Assembly: GCA_010093995.1 (NCBI GenBank)
Contig: ML992508.1
Span: 1,210,282 to 1,274,281 of the forward strand
Length of the DNA stretch: 64,000 nucleotides
Direction of reading: 5' to 3'
Source: Elsinoe ampelina
Lineage: Eukaryota
This document shows positions 24,806 to 34,219 of the stretch, one piece after another. The position numbers and the translations under genes were made by a program. A model generated the notes under the pieces. It was not told the origin of the DNA. It saw nothing but the letters and a program-made list of their open reading frames with translations, and did not search any database. Positions within the stretch are counted from its first letter, which is position 1, and each line of letters begins with the position of its first letter.

Positions 24806-26863
24806 TTACTCCTCGCCAGCCGATGTTGGCCTCCCGCCTCCTCGCTTGTATGCAGGATGATGTTCCTTGACATACCATGGCTCCTTGCTGCCAAACTTTT
24901 CGGCCGGATACTGGAAAGGTCCATCGATGATGAATTTGAATACATCCCACGCCGGAAGCTTGATCTTCGTGGCCGTAGTAGCTGCTACAGCCGCATCCGT
25001 CCCTTCGTCTTCGCTCTCTGTCTCATCGTCATCGCCCACTGATTTGATCTTGCCGGCGGCACTACTCGGCACACCTGCGGCCCGCTGTTCGCCTGTGGCT
25101 TTGTTACCGTCACCTTGGTCATTGTCCGTCAGACGAAACCCAGCTCCGTACTTGGCAGTGTTGTACTTCTCCTTCACCCCAGGTCCAAGCACAGGTATCA
25201 GAACTCCACACTCCCAGTTCTCGCAAAAGATCTTTGCTTCACCTCGATAAGCGGAGCTGGCTGCTCGATCGATGGATACGTTACCCCAGGCTGACTTTGA
25301 ACAATTGGCGCTTCCAGCATAGATATATGCCACCTGCTCGGCCGGTGGTCCCGGGTCTTTCGGCTTTTGCCCCTCCTCTTTGTCCTTGTCGAAGAAGCTA
25401 GACGCTGAGCTCGTGAAAGTGGTAGGTATTACAGGAGGCGCAGAAATCCCGCGCACGAACAACATCTTGCAGTGACTGAGCAAGTGTGGCCGAGTGCTCT
25501 TGAACTCTCGAAAGATATAGCTGGGAAACTCTTGACGGTTGTAGTATTCCTTTGAGAACCAGATCGTGCCTCCACTACCTACACCGCCAGGACTGCCAGC
25601 AATGTAGTCGTAAGTCGGAAAATAGAGTCGGAATTTGGACGACAGTGGCTCTTTATCTGATCCTTGAGGTAAGACAGTGGCCCTTCCTGACTCTGGCAAT
25701 TGGACGTGGTAATCTCCTTGTGCAGCAGCGTGCAGATTTAGTACCTGTGCACTAGACAGGGCACCGACCGAAGATGCGCACATATCGACTTCCGTCTTGG
25801 TTGAGGTGAGACCGAGCTGACGGACCGCAGATGATAATCCTGTCAGACCGGTACGAGCCATGTCTGCTCTGTAGCTGTGGCCTGCTACGGTGTGTACGAA
25901 GGCATATGGTTTAGTCGCAGACCAGTCGAACTTGTTCAAGCCGGTCAGGACTGACAGTGGAAGTCGTTGTTTTCCGAGGAAGAACTTCAGCTCGTCTAGA
26001 AACGGCGTCGATTGAAAGTCATCGATATCCGCTACTAGGTCTCGACGAGGTAGATCGATGAGCCAGACAGTATTCTCCATGATGCCGTCTTCACCCCAGT
26101 CATACGGCACCAGATTCGCCGAGGGGACGACCACCCTCAGCTTCGAACGATGGACGAGTAGCATCAGCTTGGAATGCATACATCTGCCCTCCGTAGGTGC
26201 ATATGCCTTTACATTCGGTCCAAGCGATTGCAGCTCGTCGACTAGGGATGGACGCTTCTCTGTCTGCGCGGGTTTGGCACCAGTCGGTCCAGACTTGACC
26301 ATGCCTTGCGGCATCTTATTCTCGTGTACCACAAAGTGGAATCTTGTCTTCTGTGTATTAAACTTTGTGAACAGCCACGCCAAGTCGTACTGGAAGGACG
26401 AGAGTAGCGCCATCTCCAAGGTGTTCTTTTCGAAGACCTCCTCGATCTTGATCTCATTCCCGTTGCGAGCTTGTTTGAATGCCCAGGTCTTGAATAGCTT
26501 GCCATGAGGGTGCTGAAGTGCTGTAGATCCAGCATTGTGTATCGATTGGGTCCTGGAAGGAACGGAAGATGAGGGTATGTCTTCTGGCGGTGTCACTCTC
26601 GCGACCTTGGAGGGTCTTGATATTGGTGGTGGACTGATATCCCTTCGTCGCTTCCTACCAGACTGGGAGTCATCACCGGTAGTACCTTGGCGTACCTGGA
26701 GCCTCGCAAGCCTGTCTCGTTCCATGGCAGCTCGATCAAACCCGGCCAGACCTGAGATGGATTTTACGACCGGTGCTGCAGCGTCCTCCACCTTTGTGGT
26801 GTTGGACTCAGATAGGGACATCGCAATAGCGCGTTTGAGTTCATCATCGTTGTCGTCGGACAT
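24806..26863 (-). CDS. Tyrosyl-DNA phosphodiesterase 1-like protein with N-terminal UIM
   Basis: Two HxK..N motifs (MHSKLMLL..PSANL; SHCKMLF..GSANCSKSAWG), NWECGVL, UIM-like DDELKRAIAMSL. Alternative start 26902. Confidence 0.88.
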   Translation of the reverse strand: MSDDNDDELKRAIAMSLSESNTTKVEDAAAPVVKSISGLAGFDRAAMERDRLARLQVRQGTTGDDSQSGRKRRRDISPPPISRPSKVARVTPPEDIPSSSVPSRTQSIHNAGSTALQHPHGKLFKTWAFKQARNGNEIKIEEVFEKNTLEMALLSSFQYDLAWLFTKFNTQKTRFHFVVHENKMPQGMVKSGPTGAKPAQTEKRPSLVDELQSLGPNVKAYAPTEGRCMHSKLMLLVHRSKLRVVVPSANLVPYDWGEDGIMENTVWLIDLPRRDLVADIDDFQSTPFLDELKFFLGKQRLPLSVLTGLNKFDWSATKPYAFVHTVAGHSYRADMARTGLTGLSSAVRQLGLTSTKTEVDMCASSVGALSSAQVLNLHAAAQGDYHVQLPESGRATVLPQGSDKEPLSSKFRLYFPTYDYIAGSPGGVGSGGTIWFSKEYYNRQEFPSYIFREFKSTRPHLLSHCKMLFVRGISAPPVIPTTFTSSASSFFDKDKEEGQKPKDPGPPAEQVAYIYAGSANCSKSAWGNVSIDRAASSAYRGEAKIFCENWECGVLIPVLGPGVKEKYNTAKYGAGFRLTDNDQGDGNKATGEQRAAGVPSSAAGKIKSVGDDDETESEDEGTDAAVAATTATKIKLPAWDVFKFIIDGPFQYPAEKFGSKEPWYVKEHHPAYKRGGGRPTSAGEE

Positions 26864-27461
26864 TTCTGGTAGGAGAGCACCGCGTTTCTGGTTGTCTAAC
26901 ATGCTCCCATGCGGCCTGTTCCTGGTAGTGCAAAACGCGTACCAGGAATTTTGTGGTCCTCACTGCGTCTCGATGGGAATCTTGGAGAAATACTACCAGG
27001 ATTGTGCTGAGTCAGTACAAGACCATGACATTGGCACGTGAAGGACGGAGAGGATGCACGGGAAAACAGAGGCCACGCCACCCCACCGCCACACGTGCTC
27101 CATCATGACAATGTACCCATGTCAATATCCCACATTGCACCTGTTGTATACCACTGGAAAATGCATTGTATTAAATTCCATGCTCGCTCTTAGCCGCTTG
27201 CTGGTCATCAAGAAGAGTGCACAGTCGTCGATGATATCTAAAATCCCCATACTGCCGTCGAAACCCACGACGCCACAGCGGATGCGCTTCTGAAGTCTGA
27301 CCTCTCAACCAGTCACGACTACAATGGATATATGTTTCCGTTGGCCTCCTCATGTTCCTCACCCTATGTTGGAAGGCATCATCCTGCCCCTCCGTCTATC
27401 CTCACCACCTCCGCAAACAGTCAACTCCTGATCAACCATGTGCTCAGATTGGCAGCGGCTT

Positions 27462-29479
27462 CTAGCCTTCGCTTAACGTCCTTCCCTTGTCCTTTCCTCC
27501 ACCCTCGCTGAGCTCCAGACACCGCTTAGCCAAAGCCACGACTTCGCCCTCACCCTCACCGGACGCTTCATCATCGCTTTCGACACTCTTCTCGCTGATC
27601 TCTCTGACCATGGACATGATATCCTCACTCTGGTTGATCTTGTCGAGGAGCTTGCCGTCTGATGACTCGAGGAGTTGTAGTAAAGTCCAGATGGCAATGT
27701 GCTGGAAGGTAGGGTCGCCAGATTCCAAGAAGCGGGAGAGGTAGCCATGAATACCTCCAGACGGACTTGTCCACGACTGGAGGAAAAGTGCGTAGTCACC
27801 TACTGATGCTTGGTCAGTTGAGATGCGTTGATGTATGGAAGATCTTTTAGCATTACCTTTACTGCTCAGATTCCCCAAAGCAGCAGCTGAATTTCCTTGG
27901 ACTTCGATGCTCTCACTCTCCGTCAAGGGAATCAGCACATCGAATACTCCCAGATTCAGCAAATGTGGTTTCAGCTCGTCGCTAAGTGCCAGGACTGCAA
28001 TGGCTGCCGTCATTTCACTCTGCACGTTTACCGGAACCTTGAGTACTAGCTCTCTGCATTTTTGCACAGCACCGGCTTCCAGCACAAGCTGCTTGTTGCG
28101 GTCACTCGAGGCTGCCAGATTCCGCAGTGTAGAAATAGCATGGCATTGAATCTCTTCATTGTCGGTGCTTCCGAGTAAGCCTACCAGCGGCTTCAGGAAT
28201 CCAGCGTCGATGATAGGCGATTCATTCATTGGGTGGATACTGATGTTCCGTATGCAGGCGACGGCCGAAAGGATGAGAGGAAGATACTGAGACTTGAGTA
28301 GGTTGAGCAGAGGGCGAAGGCCATTGTTACGGACGATCTCCAGCTGGTACTTGTCGTCGCTAGCAAGGTTGCGAAGGGCAAGAGCGGCTTGGCATTGGAC
28401 TTTCGGGGCTTGGCCCTCCATAAGATGGACCAGGGATTGTACTAACCTTGGTTCAGACTGTGCAAGTCGTTTACGATTCGAGCTGTCAACTGCGATGTTC
28501 GACAAGGCGGTGGTGCAGTAGTATTGAACATCTGTGTCTGAAGATTGTAGAAGCTGCACGAGGACAGGAATAGCGCCTGCGTTCACAAGCTGTTGCCGAT
28601 TGTCATCTAATGCAAGTTAGCTCAAATCGTCCTCCAGGTCTGAAAGCGTACCCGAATGCGTCATGTTCAGCAGAGCCCCAGTCGCATTCCGTTGGACACG
28701 CATGTCCTTTGACTTTGCCAGCTTGGTGAGGGGAGGGAGGGCCCCTGATCTAGCTATCTTTGCCTTGTTGTCCTCGTGGGTAGCAAGGTTAGTGATGCAG
28801 CCAACAGCGTTGCATTGCACTTCGACATTGCTGGAGTTCATCTGCCGTATTAAGGGAGCCAGTCCGCCAAGCTGCACAATCAGGACCTTGTTTTGAGCTA
28901 ATCAGTGTCAGATGTGCCTTTTCTCCTCTTTCGTAATTTACCCACCATCCACAGCCAGGTTTCCGAGTGCAGCACTTGCAGCTCGCTGAACCTCAATGTC
29001 GGAGCTCTCAAGGAGGTAGAGAATGGGTTCGAGGGTATTCTTGTCGACAGGGCGGACATCTTGATATAATTAGACAATTCAAGCAGTAGCGCGGATGTGG
29101 TCTCCAACCTCTTTCAGTGATTTCGGCAAAAGTCAGACTGGCGCTACGTTGAAGGTCAATGTTTTGTGAGTAAACCAAGGTGCTGAGAGCGTTCAGAGGT
29201 TCGCCGGAGAAGAAGTCCGTTTCGGCACGCTGGTATGGTCAGATGACAACTCTTAAGAATCAGGGGAAGATGGTCCTTGTTGACTGACGTTCTCGAGGTG
29301 GTTGAGGAGATCTGCAACGGCCTCTCGTTCACTGTCGGCAAGGACATTCTCGTAGTCGACCTTGTTGCGAGCTAGATATGGCGGTCAGTGAGCTGGTTGC
29401 TATGGACCGTTTCAGGGCTGTACCACTTACATCGACAGCAGTAGAATATCGCTGAGCAGCAGTTTTGAATAGCGGCCAT
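27462..29479 (-). CDS. VAC8: Vacuolar armadillo-repeat protein Vac8, multi-exon
   Basis: [78 protein letters not shown]. First exon [16 protein letters not shown]. Confidence 0.95.
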
Positions 29480-30078
29480 GCTGGTCACCGCTTGACCTGG
29501 GGCTCACGGCCCCGAGAAAGGTATATAAAGAGTCAAAGTGGTCGAAGATCGAATACTGTTTGCTCGAGGTAAACGGTCGGCCAAGGGAAGTAGCTTTGAA
29601 CTCTGCTCGCGCAGGTGTTTCGATCAGGCTGAGCTCGTCGGAATCGATGTTGAGCAGTAGTAAGTATCGCACTGCTAGCGAAGAATTGTCGAGAGGGCAC
29701 GTCCAGCACCGCAGGAGGGTTAGGGGTGGGGTCAAGTATTGTGTACAGACAGATAGATGAGGTTGTCACTTGGGTTGGCGCGACGAACGCCAAGTGGAGG
29801 AACAGCGTCACAAGGAACCACCTCGACGGCAGTAGACAAGTAAGATTAGCCGGCGCGCTAAACGCGGATCGCGCTTGCTGCTCCGTCCGACTTCAGAGGG
29901 TCTGGATGTCGTGGACGGAACTGGTTCCGCGAAAAAGGGAATATTCCACACCATGTCACAGGTAGGGCGTTATAATCAGATATTCTGTACAATTACAGCC
30001 TTCTAGCATGCGTGAGTGTCTTTCATACGTCGTGTAGCCTCTTTTGCTTGCAGACATTAGGCTTCCTATCGCATTTTC

Positions 30079-31842
30079 ATGAGCACATTTGTCTTCCGAT
30101 CCCGGCCTGCCATATCACATATCTCTACAGCAGTCAGAAAATCTCTTGCAGGCAATCTATCGCTGCACCGCTGCACGGGAACTATGTCATCTCAATTGAA
30201 GGCCAATGGCATGTCAAATGGTCACATGGCATCTGTCTTGGATGAGAGGCCCGTACCGCCACTGGGTATGGTCTCTGGGGACTTTGAGCAGAGAGCTGCC
30301 GATGTGGTGAAGGACATTGCAAACTACTATGACACACTACATGATCGACCGGTACTGCCATCCATTCAGCCAGGCTATCTGCAGAAGCTACTACCCACAT
30401 CTGCTCCCGAAGAGCCAGAGTCATGGTCTAGCATCCGCTCAGACATCGAGTCGAAGATCATGCCGGGCATCACACACTGGCAGTCTCAAAAGTACATGGC
30501 ATTCTTCCCAGCGAGCTCAACGTACCCCAGTATACTGGCAGAGATGTGGTCGGCAGCATTGACGGCCGCCAACTTTAATTGGATCTGCTCACCCGCTGTC
30601 ACGGAATTGGAGAACGTGGTAATGGACTGGATGGCGAAAGCCTTGCATCTACCATCTCAATTTCTTTCCAACGGCACAGGCGGAGGTGTCATTCAAGGTT
30701 CAGCCTCCGAGGCTGTGGCAACAGTCATGATCGCTGCACGGGAGCGCTACCTGAAGACCCTTACCGCCGACAAGACATTCAGCTCGGACGAAGAGCGTGA
30801 AGACTTCGAATTCACCATGCGTGGCAAAATGGTCGCCCTCTCCTCCTCAGAAACCCACTCTTCCGCAAAGAAAGCCGCCACCATCACCGGCGTCCGCTTC
30901 CGCTCCATCCCCGCCACCGCAGAGCATAACTTCTCCCTGCAAGCCTCCTCCGTACGCTCCACCCTCGAGTCCCTCACCGCCCCAGGTCTCCACCCTTTCC
31001 AACTCACCGTCACCCTCGGCACAACCAACACCTGCGCCATCGACGACTTCGCCGCCATCGCCGCCTTGAAAGCAGACTACCCAAACCTCTGGATCCACGT
31101 CGACGCAGCATACGCCGGCGCAGCCCTCATCCTCCCCGAATTCGCCCACCTCACACAACACTTCCCCTCCTTCGACTCCTTCGACATGAACATGCACAAA
31201 TGGCTGCTCGTCAACTTCGACTGCTCCCTCCTCTACGTGCAAAACCGCCGCGACCTCACCGACGCTCTCAGCGTCACCCCCGCCTACCTCCGCAACGCGT
31301 ACACCGACTCCGGTCTCGTGACGGACTATCGCGACTGGCAAATCCCATTGGGGCGACGTTTCCGTGCGCTCAAGATCTGGTTCGTCGCGCGCACGTACGG
31401 GCTGAAGGGTATGAGGGAGCACATCCGCCACCACTTGAGACTGGGAGATCTCTTCGCTTCGTTGGTCAGGAGCAGGCAGGATTTATTTGCAATCTTGACG
31501 CCGCCGGCGTTTGCGCTGACGGTGCTTACTGTGAAGCCGAGCGAGAAGGCGAGAGTGGAAGTGCAGAATGGGGAGGCGGATCCGAGGCCGTATGAGGAGA
31601 GTGAGAAGTTGGGCGTGGAAGGGGATGAGGGGGTCAAGGAGGCGAATGAGGTGACGAAGGAAGTGTATGAGGTTATTGACGGCGAGAAAGAGATTTTCTT
31701 GACGGCGTCGGTGATTGGTGGGGTGTATGCTATAAGAGTGGTGAGCGCGAATCCGTTGGCCGAGGAAAAGTACGTGCGAAGGGCGTTTGATGTCTTGGTG
31801 GAGGCGACGGAGAGGGTGTTGGAGAAGAGGCGGAAGGCGTAA
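30079..31842 (+). CDS. PLP-dependent aromatic-L-amino-acid decarboxylase (group II)
   Basis: PGITHWQS, FNWICSPAVTELE, GGGVIQGSASE, WIHVDAAYAG, NMHKW (PLP lysine), DYRDWQIPLGRRFRALKIWFV. A second ATG lies at 30184. Confidence 0.95.
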   Translation: MSTFVFRSRPAISHISTAVRKSLAGNLSLHRCTGTMSSQLKANGMSNGHMASVLDERPVPPLGMVSGDFEQRAADVVKDIANYYDTLHDRPVLPSIQPGYLQKLLPTSAPEEPESWSSIRSDIESKIMPGITHWQSQKYMAFFPASSTYPSILAEMWSAALTAANFNWICSPAVTELENVVMDWMAKALHLPSQFLSNGTGGGVIQGSASEAVATVMIAARERYLKTLTADKTFSSDEEREDFEFTMRGKMVALSSSETHSSAKKAATITGVRFRSIPATAEHNFSLQASSVRSTLESLTAPGLHPFQLTVTLGTTNTCAIDDFAAIAALKADYPNLWIHVDAAYAGAALILPEFAHLTQHFPSFDSFDMNMHKWLLVNFDCSLLYVQNRRDLTDALSVTPAYLRNAYTDSGLVTDYRDWQIPLGRRFRALKIWFVARTYGLKGMREHIRHHLRLGDLFASLVRSRQDLFAILTPPAFALTVLTVKPSEKARVEVQNGEADPRPYEESEKLGVEGDEGVKEANEVTKEVYEVIDGEKEIFLTASVIGGVYAIRVVSANPLAEEKYVRRAFDVLVEATERVLEKRRKA

Positions 31843-32079
31843 GCTGACATACTGTAGATAGCTTGGGCAGGATACACGGACTTGTATACAGAAGTTTAGA
31901 ACTCTCAAATGAAAATGCTTGTCATTTCATCTCTAGCCTGACTCGAAACAAAGTGAACTGTGTGGGTATCCTGCTGTTCCGAAACGCCATCTATGCTATC
32001 CCTCTTCCTCCTCGATTATGCAAATGACCGTCGTCCTCCTTTTCCTCAATTTCTGCCCATCTCTATCAGGGAAGATACA

Positions 32080-33921
32080 CTACTTCTTGACCTTTGCTAT
32101 GCGATCTCGAGTCGGCTTGATCTTAATACCTTTCAGGAATCTGACGGAATCCCATACGCTGTCGCTGACTTTGACGGGGAGTTTCCTGCCTTTCAGCCGC
32201 TGGTCGACAAGCCATGTGCCTACCACAAATTCCTCTCTACTCAATGCTGCGCGCTGCTCATTGTCCACCAGGTTCCAGATGTCTTCGAGAATGTGCGTGC
32301 CGAGACGACTGCGGGACCAGATGTCACGCACGACGAAGGCGTGGACGTAGTCTTTATCCTTGCTCTCGATAATGTCATCCGGGATGGGTGTGGCGTCAAC
32401 GCTCTCCATTTCGAAGCCGGTGTCATCCATCCAACTTTTCGCAACACCACGTCCTTGCTTGTTGGGCTTCGCTGCGGTACGTCGGACTATCGGCGGATCA
32501 TCTTGAGCGTCAAGAAGTAGTCCTCTGTTCGCGGCCCACACGCCCTCGTACCTGTCCCTCTCCCGTTCCGTGACGACATTTCGCCAACGCTTCCTGTCGC
32601 CTTCATGATACTTGTTCGCGTGCTTCCGGATATGTCGCTTTTTCTTATGCTTGTAGTATGGGTCGTCCTCGAGATTCTCCTCATCGGCCGAGCTTGGGTT
32701 CTCTTTCCTCAATGTATGCCGCATTCCACCCGCGCTTGCGGATGCTGGTTTGCGCTTGTGCGGCGAAGGGGTCCGGGTGAAGAAATGATGATGCGAGTGT
32801 GCAGACCGCTGAGAGCTCGATGGCTGCGGGAACTTGGCAGGAGAAGGAGCACGAGATGAGGCCAAGGAGGAAGCCACTATGGCATTGGCCAGAGAGTCAC
32901 CTGTTCGAAGAGCTGGAGTCCGACGCGGATGAAGAGAATTGTAGGTCGCTTGGATGCTGGCGGAAGAGCCGGCGAATGCTGGCTGAGCGTAGGGACTCGA
33001 TTGAGCAGATTTGATAGGAATGGGAGCCGTGCGAGCCATGTCTGGGCCAGGACTGAGATCTGGCTTTGTGTCCAGCGGTGGTGGCTGTAACTTCGATGCT
33101 CGTCGGGGTGGTGGCAGTATCGGCTTTTGCGCGATCGAGTCTTTTCGCTCAATCAAAGGTGAGAACGAATCTCTTGCCGAGCGGAAGGAATTGGGAGAGG
33201 ACACATCTGTAGCCCTAGATTTTGCCGACAACGGTGGTATCTCGACTGGGGAAGTCTCGCTCGCAGTACTCGAGTGTCGGCTCTGTACCTGCGAAGCAAC
33301 TGTCTGGTCATCTTGGTCGAGAACAAGCGATTTCCTCATTGGTTTGGGGGACTTGAGTGGGGTATTGATGTCTGCACTGACAGTCCTCGTCCCTTGCTTT
33401 TCAAATATCTGCACGAGAGCTGATGTTGAAGGAATATTCGTGTCATCACGTCCATCTTTCTGCACAGCGGCGTCAATCGATGGCATAGGCGCCTTGATAG
33501 CTGAAGAAAACAGCGGGCCAGCCTTTGTCGACATTGCCAGCGACTTTGGCTTCTTCTGCACTCTCGGCTTTGACAATGCTTGGGGCAATGTGTCATTCTT
33601 CAATCCAGAGTCTGCTGCGTCTTCATTTTTCTTTGGCGCCGCTCCCGAATCATGCCGGATTGGTCGTCGGTGGGGTTGAGGGGTCGCAGGCTTCGCCGTG
33701 TGTACGCTTGATGACAAGACTGGAGCCTTGAGCGGGATAGTCTGCCCTTGCGGCGAAGATCTCAAGGCATTCTGATTCTGATTTTGACCGGTTCCTCGCT
33801 GGCCTGGACTTTTCGAGGCACTGGGTGATTTGGCAAAAGCCGTCAGCGCACCCACAAGGGCGGCTTCATTAGATACTTGAGGTGGTGAAGGGCGCCCTAG
33901 GCGCGGCCGTGGGCTCGTCAT
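32080..33921 (-). CDS. Irs4/Tax4-like EH-domain protein
   Basis: Long disordered N-terminus. C-terminal EH domain: RERDRYEGVWAAN, VRDIWSRSRL, IWNLVD, EEFVVGTWLVDQRLKGRKLP. Confidence 0.85.
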   Translation of the reverse strand: MTSPRPRLGRPSPPQVSNEAALVGALTAFAKSPSASKSPGQRGTGQNQNQNALRSSPQGQTIPLKAPVLSSSVHTAKPATPQPHRRPIRHDSGAAPKKNEDAADSGLKNDTLPQALSKPRVQKKPKSLAMSTKAGPLFSSAIKAPMPSIDAAVQKDGRDDTNIPSTSALVQIFEKQGTRTVSADINTPLKSPKPMRKSLVLDQDDQTVASQVQSRHSSTASETSPVEIPPLSAKSRATDVSSPNSFRSARDSFSPLIERKDSIAQKPILPPPRRASKLQPPPLDTKPDLSPGPDMARTAPIPIKSAQSSPYAQPAFAGSSASIQATYNSLHPRRTPALRTGDSLANAIVASSLASSRAPSPAKFPQPSSSQRSAHSHHHFFTRTPSPHKRKPASASAGGMRHTLRKENPSSADEENLEDDPYYKHKKKRHIRKHANKYHEGDRKRWRNVVTERERDRYEGVWAANRGLLLDAQDDPPIVRRTAAKPNKQGRGVAKSWMDDTGFEMESVDATPIPDDIIESKDKDYVHAFVVRDIWSRSRLGTHILEDIWNLVDNEQRAALSREEFVVGTWLVDQRLKGRKLPVKVSDSVWDSVRFLKGIKIKPTRDRIAKVKK

Positions 33922-34219
33922 GAGCCATATCGTATGCTGAGGTTGTGAGCATTTGGAGACAACATGGTGATGTCAAGTCAAGTTCAGCTGGCGGACGTCG
34001 GAGTCGTCAGCGTCGGGTGATTTGCACGTGCCCTGGTCATGTTTGTTCCGAAAACAGAAACACGCTAGCGCCATTTCCCCGGCTGTTCCTGCAGATCATG
34101 ACTCGGGTGGCTTCAGGCGGCAACACCAGATTCACACATGCTCCTCCTGCTCTCCCATCGACTTACCAAAATGTGATTGACCACTTTCACATCCTAGCAG
34201 CGTCTTAACGATCTGCAAG

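Noticed and set aside
30079..31842. Decarboxylase as part of a secondary metabolite cluster
   Set aside because: Neighbours are housekeeping genes; no NRPS, PKS, methyltransferase or transporter is nearby.
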